Shown here: positions 1 through 5,601 of the stretch, piece after piece
Layout of the letters: the number at the start of each line of letters is the position of its first letter
Position numbering within the stretch: the first letter of the stretch is position 1
Source of the DNA: an uncultured Candidatus Saccharibacteria bacterium
GTDB lineage: Bacteria; Patescibacteriota; Minisyncoccia; UBA6257; UBA11618
NCBI GenBank assembly: GCA_964432405.1
Contig: CAYSNH010000008.1
Span: 1 to 8,423, forward strand
Reading direction: 5' to 3'
DNA length: 8,423 nucleotides
Program-made: the position numbers and the translations under genes
The notes under the pieces: generated by a model
What the model was told of the DNA's origin: nothing
Databases searched by the model: none
Seen by the model: only the letters and a program-made list of their open reading frames with translations

Positions 1-55
1 CACCTCCTGAATCATCACCTCCTGAATCATCACCTCCTGAATCATCACCTCCTGA
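1..55. repeat. 15-bp in-frame tandem repeat CACCTCCTGAATCAT, three full copies plus a 10-bp partial fourth, encoding (SGGDD)n on the minus strand
   Basis: Units 1-15, 16-30 and 31-45 are identical and 46-55 matches the first 10 bp. Degenerate relatives (CCTCCTGAACC, CACCTCCTGAACTT) continue to about position 105. The array touches the window edge and may extend further. Confidence 0.9.
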
Positions 56-1033
56 GCCACCCGTAAAACCTCCTCCTGAACCGCCAACTCCACCTCCTGA
101 ACTTCGGTCATTATAGGCATCTACGAAGACGTTTGTAACATCATAAAAATCTTCTATCATTGGTGTGACAGGGAAGAGCCAGTAAGGGCTATGAATATCT
201 AATAATATTTCTCCTAAACGCCAACAATCAGTGAAAGATTTAGGATCATCATTAATAGGATCTCCTTGGGTGGCTATATATAATTTAAGTAAATATTCTA
301 ACCTATTTTTCTTTTGATTAGCTTTTCTATATTGATCAACGTGTTGTGAGTATAGCGTTCCATCGGGATTATGGCCCATAGCTACTAATAGGGCGTCAGG
401 AGCACGAAGTAAGTCAACAGGGTATACTGCTTCAAATACTTTTTCACCATCCTCATCTAATTTTGGGATCTGAACAGTACTTCCATCATCATATGTTACT
501 GGTGTATAAATAGGCTCACCATCTTCATCTGTAACTTGAATACCGTTTTCGTCTAATACAGGCTCTTTTTTATCAATCATTACAACCTCATAAGCTTCTC
601 TTAGATGGTTTTTTTTGAGATTATCTATATAATCTTCAAGTCTATTTTTTTCATACCATATTGCGCTAATAATCTTATTAGAAGTATCAGTATCTGTTCC
701 TGCTCCAGCTATATTAAAGGGCAGAATAGGGAGGTCGTTTTTCATATCACCAATTGGGAAATAAGCTGCAAGTCCGCCGCTTACCCAGAGAGCAAAGGTG
801 TCAGGTATACCATTTTCATTTTGGTCTAGTGTAAAGACTTTGGTTGTGTAAGGCATAACTCTTTTTACGCTGTAGTTGTAACATCTTAAAGTAACATCGC
901 CTACACCAGCTTCAACCCGTCTTTCCGTGGGTTTTATAAAGGTTTGAATTAAGAAGACAAGACACAATAAGACGGCAATTATAATAATTACCTTAAGTAA
1001 AGGATCTTTCTCCTTAGATCTCTTTTTAGCCAT
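1..1033 (-). CDS. Partial CDS (3' end runs off the left edge): N-terminally membrane-anchored hypothetical protein with an acidic ectodomain and a C-terminal Gly/Ser/Asp repeat tail
   Basis: Missing from the supplied track because there is no stop codon in the window. Hand translation of the minus strand from ATG 1033-1031 gives 344 codons without a stop (MAKKRSKEKDPLLKVIIIIAVLLCLVFLIQ ... DENGIQVTDEDGEPIYTPVTYDDG ... SSGGGVGGSGGGFTGGSGGDDSGGDDSGGDDSGG). An in-frame TAA four codons upstream fixes the start. A basic N-terminus plus a hydrophobic helix indicates a signal anchor. I recognise no catalytic motif. Confidence 0.75.
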   Translation of the reverse strand, partial: MAKKRSKEKDPLLKVIIIIAVLLCLVFLIQTFIKPTERRVEAGVGDVTLRCYNYSVKRVMPYTTKVFTLDQNENGIPDTFALWVSGGLAAYFPIGDMKNDLPILPFNIAGAGTDTDTSNKIISAIWYEKNRLEDYIDNLKKNHLREAYEVVMIDKKEPVLDENGIQVTDEDGEPIYTPVTYDDGSTVQIPKLDEDGEKVFEAVYPVDLLRAPDALLVAMGHNPDGTLYSQHVDQYRKANQKKNRLEYLLKLYIATQGDPINDDPKSFTDCWRLGEILLDIHSPYWLFPVTPMIEDFYDVTNVFVDAYNDRSSGGGVGGSGGGFTGGSGGDDSGGDDSGGDDSGG

Positions 1034-1079
1034 TGTTATTAATTATAGCCTTTATTATAGGTAAGATTGGTGTGGATAA

Positions 1080-1784
1080 TTAGCTAACATCAACTCCTAT
1101 ATCTTTACAAAAAATATCGGCTGTTAAAAAAGAGAGGAATTTTTCTTCTTCATCTTCTAAAAAGGCTATTTGATCGCCCACTTCTTCTAAAATTTTCTCT
1201 ATATCAGCCATTTGTTTTTCAAGGTCTTTATAGGTACTACCTCCTATGTAGCTACTTATAGTATCTATATTATGTTGCTGCGCTCCTGCTAATTTAGAAT
1301 GTTGGTTCTCATATCTCATTCTAACTTGTTCAAGGTCGTTTATTTGGAAAGGAAAAATCTGTTCTAAAACCTTTACCACATCTTCACTTTGTTTGGCGGT
1401 AGCAGCAATACCAGGGTGAAGCTTGGCCAATTGTTTAAGTTGGTCTAATGATAGATTTCCAAAATAGAAAAAAACATCTTGACCAAAGAGAGTGACGAGA
1501 ATGGTGTCGAGATAAGGATTATGATCAGTTAAATGAGACAGAACTTGATCGCCAGTATGTAGAGTCATGACGGGAACATCAGTCGCTTTCTGATCATGTT
1601 CGTTACCATCTATATCAAAGTATATACAACCAGCTTCCATTAAAACCCCAACAACTGGAAAAAGACCGGCTTCAGCTCGTTGTCTTTCTTGCGAAGTAAA
1701 ATATCTATAACCAAAAAAAGCAATAATTATTAAAAGAGTTAAAACAACTACTAGATGAATTTTAGGGGTTTTCTTTTTAGCCAA
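1080..1784 (-). CDS. Hypothetical membrane-anchored protein, 234 aa, TTG start
   Basis: Track ORF. The start codon is TTG (plus-strand CAA at 1782-1784). The N-terminus MAKKKTPK plus helix HLVVVLTLLIIIAFFGY mirrors the N-terminus of the next gene. The next in-frame Met (residue 49) would remove the anchor. Acidic C-terminus (FLEDEEEKF), TAA stop. It begins 8 nt after the upstream stop. No recognisable domain. Confidence 0.75.
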   Translation of the reverse strand: MAKKKTPKIHLVVVLTLLIIIAFFGYRYFTSQERQRAEAGLFPVVGVLMEAGCIYFDIDGNEHDQKATDVPVMTLHTGDQVLSHLTDHNPYLDTILVTLFGQDVFFYFGNLSLDQLKQLAKLHPGIAATAKQSEDVVKVLEQIFPFQINDLEQVRMRYENQHSKLAGAQQHNIDTISSYIGGSTYKDLEKQMADIEKILEEVGDQIAFLEDEEEKFLSFLTADIFCKDIGVDVS

Positions 1785-1791
1785 TATTTAT

Positions 1792-1820
1792 ATTATAAAT
1801 AACCAACTCTTTTTAGCCAA
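1792..1820 (-). promoter_or_regulatory. Possible internal sigma70-like promoter: TTGGCT (1820-1815), 17 nt, TATAAT (1797-1792), 7 nt, TTG start
   Basis: The -35 matches 4/6 and the -10 matches 6/6 at the optimal 17-nt spacing. It lies in the 3' end of the nuclease gene, and the -10 hexamer contains that gene's TAA stop. A TTG start fits poorly with a leaderless mRNA, so this may be coincidental. Confidence 0.35.
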
Positions 1821-2566
1821 TACTCGTTTTCCCACTCCCAAAGAATTTTGGCGCCCATAAAGGCTTTGAAGTCGGCTTGCCAGTAGGGGAATTCTTTTAA
1901 TTCTATAAAGCCGGTTAATTTAGACCAATCATGTTTATCTTCTGAACAGCTTTCCCAATTTTTAGGTTTAGGATAAGGCTTCCTTACTTTATCTCGCCCA
2001 CCTTTAGATCTGAAAGTGGAGCGACAATTGTTACAGGTCTTAAACTGGTCGATCCTTAATATCCAGCGAGTTTGAAGGCCGGGGAGCTCTTCTTTTAGAG
2101 CGTTCATGTAGGCGGAGATTTGGAGGGAGTAATCTCTATATATGCCGAGAGACGTCTTTATATCTAAAACCCCAAACTTACCATCTATAAGAGCTACAGA
2201 GTCAACTGTACCCGCGTACCGATGTTCTTTGTTAACAACACGCTTTTCAACATATTCAGGATCTATTTGAATATTATGATCTTTAATAAACTGTTGAGCA
2301 GCATCAACAGAAGGCTTGATAGAAGGGTCTATTTGAACCTGTTCACCAACCATGATCTTTTCCATCGTATCGTGGATTAAGGTGCCTTCATTAGCGGATT
2401 TTTCTTTAATATTCTCTCCTTTTTCAAAGCTACCTAGTTCGGCGTAGTAGCGGTAGAGGGCGGGTTTAGCCTTAATATCAACTATTTTAGTGACTCGAGG
2501 ATACCAAACACCATCAATATCATAACCACATTGCTCTTTAAAGGTCTTTATCCCTCTGTATATCAT
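1793..2566 (-). CDS. PD-(D/E)XK superfamily nuclease, RecB/Cas4/AddB-like, 257 aa, with a Cys-containing insertion
   Basis: Track ORF. The motifs occur in the expected order: GTLIHD (res 61-66), E107, GTVD122, VLD135-I-K137-TS, Q149-ISA-Y153. This is the E...D...(D/E)xK...QxxxY signature. The N-terminal WYPRVTKI resembles the conserved SVT-type motif of phage-type family members. There are exactly four Cys (13, 178, 181, 207). No signal peptide or TM helix. Confidence 0.85.
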   Translation of the reverse strand: MIYRGIKTFKEQCGYDIDGVWYPRVTKIVDIKAKPALYRYYAELGSFEKGENIKEKSANEGTLIHDTMEKIMVGEQVQIDPSIKPSVDAAQQFIKDHNIQIDPEYVEKRVVNKEHRYAGTVDSVALIDGKFGVLDIKTSLGIYRDYSLQISAYMNALKEELPGLQTRWILRIDQFKTCNNCRSTFRSKGGRDKVRKPYPKPKNWESCSEDKHDWSKLTGFIELKEFPYWQADFKAFMGAKILWEWENEYWLKRVGYL

Positions 2567-2569
2567 ACC

Positions 2570-2590
2570 CCTCTATTCTATTGATAGAGG
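2570..2590 (-). promoter_or_regulatory. 7-bp perfect inverted repeat CCTCTAT / ATAGAGG with a 7-nt loop, immediately upstream of the nuclease ATG
   Basis: Plus-strand cctctat 2570-2576 pairs with atagagg 2584-2590. On the minus RNA the 3' arm AUAGAGG carries the only SD-like purine run near any start in the window. The repeat also straddles the candidate -10 TAGAAT. A third copy (atagagg, 2628-2634) supplies a second CCUCUAU on the minus RNA. Confidence 0.4.
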
Positions 2591-2603
2591 AGGGAAGTGG
2601 CAA
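2575..2603 (-). promoter_or_regulatory. Candidate sigma70-like promoter for the nuclease gene: TTGCCA (2603-2598), 17 nt, TAGAAT (2580-2575), 8 nt, ATG
   Basis: Both hexamers match 5/6 at the optimal 17-nt spacing, within the only sizeable intergenic gap (81 nt) of the cluster. The predicted start site falls at or next to the ATG at 2566. Confidence 0.45.
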
Positions 2604-2647
2604 ATTTAATGGGTCTAATCTTATCTAATAGAGGTTTTTTATTGCTT

Positions 2648-3931
2648 TTAATAAGGACCTTTCCAAGGCCTTTCTTTCCCACTTCGTATAGCTTTTTCAG
2701 TGTTAGTTAGCTCAGGTCGCTTTATTTTTTTATTCTTAGGAGGTTGAATTGTTTCTGTTCCTATTTTTATACCATTATCTGCTACCCATTGTTGGCTACG
2801 CCAGATATGTTCATCGCTACTAGGATCGTATAATTTATATTCACGCATATTAGGCTTCAGTCTTGTGTCATAAGCAAATCTTAACTGTTTAATCCATTCT
2901 TCTTTTTTCGTACGGGCTTTTCTTTCAGAGGCTTTTTTAGCAGCTCTTTTATTCATTTCTTCCACATATTTAATTAATTCAAGCTTTTCTTTGAAAGGAA
3001 GGTTTGTCTTATAAATATCTTCTAGATATTCAGGGATATTTTCTTCAAATTTTCTTACCTTCCTTACGTCATTAATATATCTTTCAATGTTTTTGAACTT
3101 AGTGTTGTAAACTCTTGGCAGAATATCACTTAAAACTCCTTGTTCAAATATTTTAAGCATTTTTTCGGTATTTATTCTTTGTCGATTGGAATCTTGGGAT
3201 CTTAAGACGCTTGAAGGATAGCTAGCATTAACTAGCAAATCTCTTAATATTTTATCTTCTAAACTTCCTCCTTTCGTTACAGTTATGTAATCATCAACAA
3301 ATCTTTTAAATCCTTCTTTACCAAGATATTTTTTAATATCAATAGTTCCTGTAACGAGATCTTCAAAGACATTATAAGGAGTTCCAGATGCCCCAACTAA
3401 AATCAAATCCCCAGCTTTTCTTTTTTCATAAGCTGATAGAATCTCAATATATGAGAGTAATAGTACCATGTCGTCATATCTTTGATCTCCTATTTCAGAA
3501 GCTATTTTCATCTGATCAACTTGTTCATATAGAATATAAGCTTGTAAGGCTGAAAGTGATAGTCTTAAACAACCCTTTCCTATAAAAAGAGCTCCGCCAA
3601 AAAAGCCTGCTTGTGAAGGTTCTTGAATAGCAGGCTTTTCTTCACCCCTAAATTCTCCTTTTTCAGGTATGTCAATGTTATAGTCTTTTAAACTTGGATC
3701 TGATGACTGATTAACCTGAGCTAGAAGGGGAGATGATAAAGAAGATGATTTCATCGATTCTTTCCAATTCTCGAAAGGTTTTCCGTCAACTAATTCTATT
3801 TTGCCATTATTATAACAAACCGAATAATTCGTTTCAGAAGCCTCAATTAATGAAGGTTTATCCGCTATATTTTTGATTAATACTAATACTAATACTACTA
3901 ATAATAATAGTATTATTTTTTTATTATCCAT
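2648..3931 (-). CDS. Hypothetical membrane-anchored protein, 427 aa, with a strongly basic C-terminal region
   Basis: Track ORF. N-terminus MDNKK plus Leu/Val helix IILLLLVVLVLVLI. A second hydrophobic patch (AGFFGGALFIGKGCLRLSLSALQAYILY). Lys/Arg clusters KRAAKKASERKARTKK (2903-2950) and PPKNKKIKRP near the C-terminus. ATG lies 10 nt after the upstream stop. TAA stop. No recognisable domain. Confidence 0.8.
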   Translation of the reverse strand: MDNKKIILLLLVVLVLVLIKNIADKPSLIEASETNYSVCYNNGKIELVDGKPFENWKESMKSSSLSSPLLAQVNQSSDPSLKDYNIDIPEKGEFRGEEKPAIQEPSQAGFFGGALFIGKGCLRLSLSALQAYILYEQVDQMKIASEIGDQRYDDMVLLLSYIEILSAYEKRKAGDLILVGASGTPYNVFEDLVTGTIDIKKYLGKEGFKRFVDDYITVTKGGSLEDKILRDLLVNASYPSSVLRSQDSNRQRINTEKMLKIFEQGVLSDILPRVYNTKFKNIERYINDVRKVRKFEENIPEYLEDIYKTNLPFKEKLELIKYVEEMNKRAAKKASERKARTKKEEWIKQLRFAYDTRLKPNMREYKLYDPSSDEHIWRSQQWVADNGIKIGTETIQPPKNKKIKRPELTNTEKAIRSGKERPWKGPY

Positions 3932-3941
3932 TTAATTTAAA

Positions 3942-4895
3942 TTATGGATTAATACCATAGTCACTCGGATCGGCTCCTGTATCTGGTGATGAGTCAGGCG
4001 TAAACTCTGGTTGAGTCATCCCTATTATAAAAACCGGAAGAGCCATTATTCCAATTTTACCCAATTTTCTCAGGCTCTGCTTGAGCCTAAATTTTGTGAT
4101 GAGACTCCTAGCACCACTTAATTTAGCTGTCTTATTGAGCAAGGCCAGCTCTTTTTGTGAAAGAGTTGCTTTAACACGACTCGCGGCATCGTCTATTTTT
4201 TCAGTTAAATTAGTTATTCTTTTTTCTGCAACCTTTGCTTGATCAGTAATACGCCTATGTTGTTTTTCAAGCTCCTTATCTACCCATTCTGTGCCAGTAA
4301 TAACGATATTTGATCCTGATTCTGCGGTTTTAATTATCATTTTATTATTACGAAGAGCCTCTTGCCTCATTGTATCTGCTTGACCCCTTAGCCTTTCTAA
4401 GTCCTTATTATAAGATTTAAGTTTCTTAGAATAATATTCTATTAGCTCGCTCATTTCTTTTCTATAATTGACGAAATTTGCTTTATTAACGTCTTCCAGA
4501 GATTTATTTATTTTATCTAATCGATCCTTTCTTTTAGCAATATCATCACTAAGTATCTCAATATCATCTAGTTGCTTTTGTGCAAATTCCCTTTTTTTTC
4601 TTACAATCTCAGGAATGGCTACGTCATCTCTCCCCAGTGCTTGGTCTATGGTTAATATGTCTTCAGGATCTCTTGCCCTTTCTTTAAGAGTCTGCAATTC
4701 TTTCAATTTGTCTGCTAGATTTTGAGTAGCAATTTCTTTGTTGGATAGCAAAGCATCAATGTAAGTTGATTGATTAACAGTTGACTCCTGAGCTTCGACA
4801 GTGGTGGAATTTCTAGATTGAATTAAAATTACGACAATAACAATAGCAGCTATTACAAACAGGGGATTAACACCCTTCTTTTTTCTTTTAGGCAT
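3942..4895 (-). CDS. Hypothetical coiled-coil protein, 317 aa, with an N-terminal TM anchor and a short C-terminal hydrophobic segment
   Basis: Track ORF. MPKRKKKG plus helix VNPLFVIAAIVIVVILI, then about 250 residues of charged heptad-like sequence (KLKELQTLKERA, DRLDKINKSLEDVNKA, ELEKQHRRITDQAKVAEKRITNLTEKIDDA), then IGIMALPVFIIGM (4017-4055) and a Pro/Asp/Ser tail. The long antisense shadow ORF is typical of coiled-coil coding sequence. It is the first gene of the cluster. Confidence 0.8.
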   Translation of the reverse strand: MPKRKKKGVNPLFVIAAIVIVVILIQSRNSTTVEAQESTVNQSTYIDALLSNKEIATQNLADKLKELQTLKERARDPEDILTIDQALGRDDVAIPEIVRKKREFAQKQLDDIEILSDDIAKRKDRLDKINKSLEDVNKANFVNYRKEMSELIEYYSKKLKSYNKDLERLRGQADTMRQEALRNNKMIIKTAESGSNIVITGTEWVDKELEKQHRRITDQAKVAEKRITNLTEKIDDAASRVKATLSQKELALLNKTAKLSGARSLITKFRLKQSLRKLGKIGIMALPVFIIGMTQPEFTPDSSPDTGADPSDYGINP

Positions 4896-4944
4896 AAATG
4901 ACTAGATTCTTTCTTTAAGAGGACCTTTTATTAATAGTGCTTTA

Positions 4945-4970
4945 ATTATAAGTCATTAAAGGCTAATCAA
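4945..4970 (-). promoter_or_regulatory. Weak candidate promoter for the five-gene cluster: TTGATT (4970-4965), 14 nt, TATAAT (4950-4945)
   Basis: The hexamers are good but the 14-nt spacer is suboptimal. It would give a leader of about 49 nt before ATG 4895. A 7-bp inverted repeat CTTTAAT-N8-ATTAAAG (4940-4961) overlaps the -10. Confidence 0.3.
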
Positions 4971-4992
4971 CCTGTGGAAAAGCAAGCATTCA

Positions 4993-5021
4993 TTGACAAA
5001 TAGGGGATAATATTGTATAAT
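4993..5021 (+). promoter_or_regulatory. Consensus sigma70 promoter TTGACA (4993-4998), 17 nt, TATAAT (5016-5021)
   Basis: Both hexamers match 6/6 at exactly 17-nt spacing, in the divergent intergenic region. The predicted start site is around 5028. Confidence 0.7.
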
Positions 5022-5204
5022 ATGGCTATTATGGAAATGGTTAATATTCTTCAAGATGTTCAATTCTTGATTGCTCAAAATAATTGGCACACTGCCTTGG
5101 AAGCTGTAAATGAAGCTAGTACGTTAAATAATTTTTCCGAAGTTGAAAATTTATTTTCACTAATGAAACAGCTAATTACTTTAGCAATTGAGGTTGGCCT
5201 ATAA
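5022..5204 (+). CDS. Small hypothetical helical protein, 57-60 aa, start ambiguous
   Basis: The track ORF starts at TTG 5013, which lies inside the promoter spacer. ATG 5022 abuts the -10. ATG 5031 (MEMVNILQDVQ...) is the first start compatible with a transcription start near 5028. The sequence is protein-like (NNWHTALEAVNEASTLNNFSEVENLFSLMKQLITLAIEVGL) and ends in TAA. Coding status is unproven. Confidence 0.45.
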   Translation: MAIMEMVNILQDVQFLIAQNNWHTALEAVNEASTLNNFSEVENLFSLMKQLITLAIEVGL

Positions 5205-5402
5205 TCTTGATTATTGACTCAGATTCGCCTCCCTGCAGGGGAGAGGGTCTGAGATCAGTGATTTACCAACATATAGGATAAAAACCTTGCAACGGCTTAA
5301 ATAGAGGAGATTAAGCCTCTCTACCTAAGGAAAGAGGAGTAGAGGAGGTGCATAGGTATCTAAAGATATAAAAAGACCGGGAAAGCCCCGGTTCTTTTAT
5401 TT
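5205..5402 (+). ncRNA. Candidate structured RNA segment (3' UTR of the small ORF or an sRNA): three hairpins plus a terminator, rich in GGA/GAGG
   Basis: Hairpin 5218-5253 (CTCAGA/TCTGAG outer stem, CTCCC/GGGAG inner stem). Hairpin 5294-5317 (GGCTTAA/TTAAGCC, 10-nt loop). Hairpin 5319-5344 (CTCTAC/GTAGAG, 14-nt loop). Terminator at 5376-5392. G+C is 79/180 = 44% over 5221-5400 by hand count, against 20/60 = 33% in 5041-5100. I could not match any known RNA family. Confidence 0.3.
5374..5402. terminator. Bidirectional intrinsic terminator: stem ACCGGG / CCCGGT, loop AAAGC, U-tracts on both strands
   Basis: Positions 5376-5381 pair with 5387-5392. The plus strand continues TCTTTTATTT and the minus strand continues CTTTTTATATCTTT. 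An extra G5375-U5393 wobble is possible only on the plus RNA. It lies between convergent transcription units. Confidence 0.65.
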
Positions 5403-5571
5403 AGCAGTGTGTCGTAAAATGTACCTTTTGCGACATTAGAACAGAGAACTTACGAAAGCTAAGGCATTGCTTGATAGACCATACAGCACTACAAAGAGCT
5501 CTGTAATAGGTCTAAACATGTATAGTATTAGACTAAAGACGTTTGTTATTCCCTCTATCATATATATAGAT

Positions 5572-5601
5572 GTTAGGTCTCTCCCCTAACGATTGTTTTT
5601 T
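5572..5601 (+). terminator. Possible weak plus-strand terminator: GTTAGG / CCTAAC hairpin followed by a T6 tract after 5 nt
   Basis: Positions 5572-5577 pair with 5585-5590 across a 7-nt loop. GATTG then TTTTTT (5596-5601) follows. On the minus strand the same hairpin is followed by AUCUAUAUAU, which is not a U-tract. Confidence 0.3.

Noticed and set aside
1-55. The 15-bp repeat as a CRISPR array or mobile-element terminus
   Set aside because: The units are contiguous with no spacers. They are in frame within a long ORF and encode a Gly/Ser/Asp peptide repeat.
605-829. Track ORF, 74 aa, plus strand
   Set aside because: It lies wholly antisense inside the 344-codon minus-strand ORF at 1..1033. 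The sequence is low-complexity and Ile/Phe/Ser-rich, typical of a shadow frame in AT-rich DNA.
1054-1059. Second TATAAT in the 46-nt gap upstream of the leftmost gene
   Set aside because: It has no acceptable -35 at 16-18 nt and sits 20 nt from the ATG. It is probably just AT-rich background.
3388-3585. Track ORF, 65 aa, plus strand
   Set aside because: An antisense shadow inside the 427-aa minus-strand gene, with no start-site signals.
3881-3910. Short tandem repeats TACTAA x about 3 followed by TAA x 3
   Set aside because: They encode the Leu/Val-rich TM helix (LLLLVVLVLVL) of the 427-aa protein through repeated TTA/GTA codons. This is compositional, not a separate element.
4592-4599. A8/T8 homopolymer tracts (also 609-616 and 7914-7921) as phase-variation switches
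   Set aside because: A tract of the same length occurs inside essential gltX. They are Lys-Lys (AAA AAA) codon runs expected in an AT-rich genome.
4468-4725. Track ORF, 85 aa, plus strand
   Set aside because: An antisense shadow of coiled-coil coding sequence. The Ser/Leu-rich translation mirrors the Glu/Lys/Leu codons on the other strand.
5013-5021. TTG start at 5013 given by the track for the small ORF
   Set aside because: It lies inside the spacer and -10 of the consensus promoter, upstream of any plausible transcription start. ATG 5022 or more likely 5031 is preferred.
5226-5300. TPP-riboswitch-like CUGAGA element (5249-5254)
   Set aside because: The rest of the TPP consensus (ACCUGAUCUGGAUAAUGCCAGCG) is absent, and there is no downstream plus-strand gene to regulate.
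2584-5309. The 9-mer ATAGAGGAG shared by two intergenic regions (2584-2592 and 5301-5309)
   Set aside because: Many repeated 9-mers are expected by chance in 8.4 kb. A single shared copy does not support a common regulatory site.
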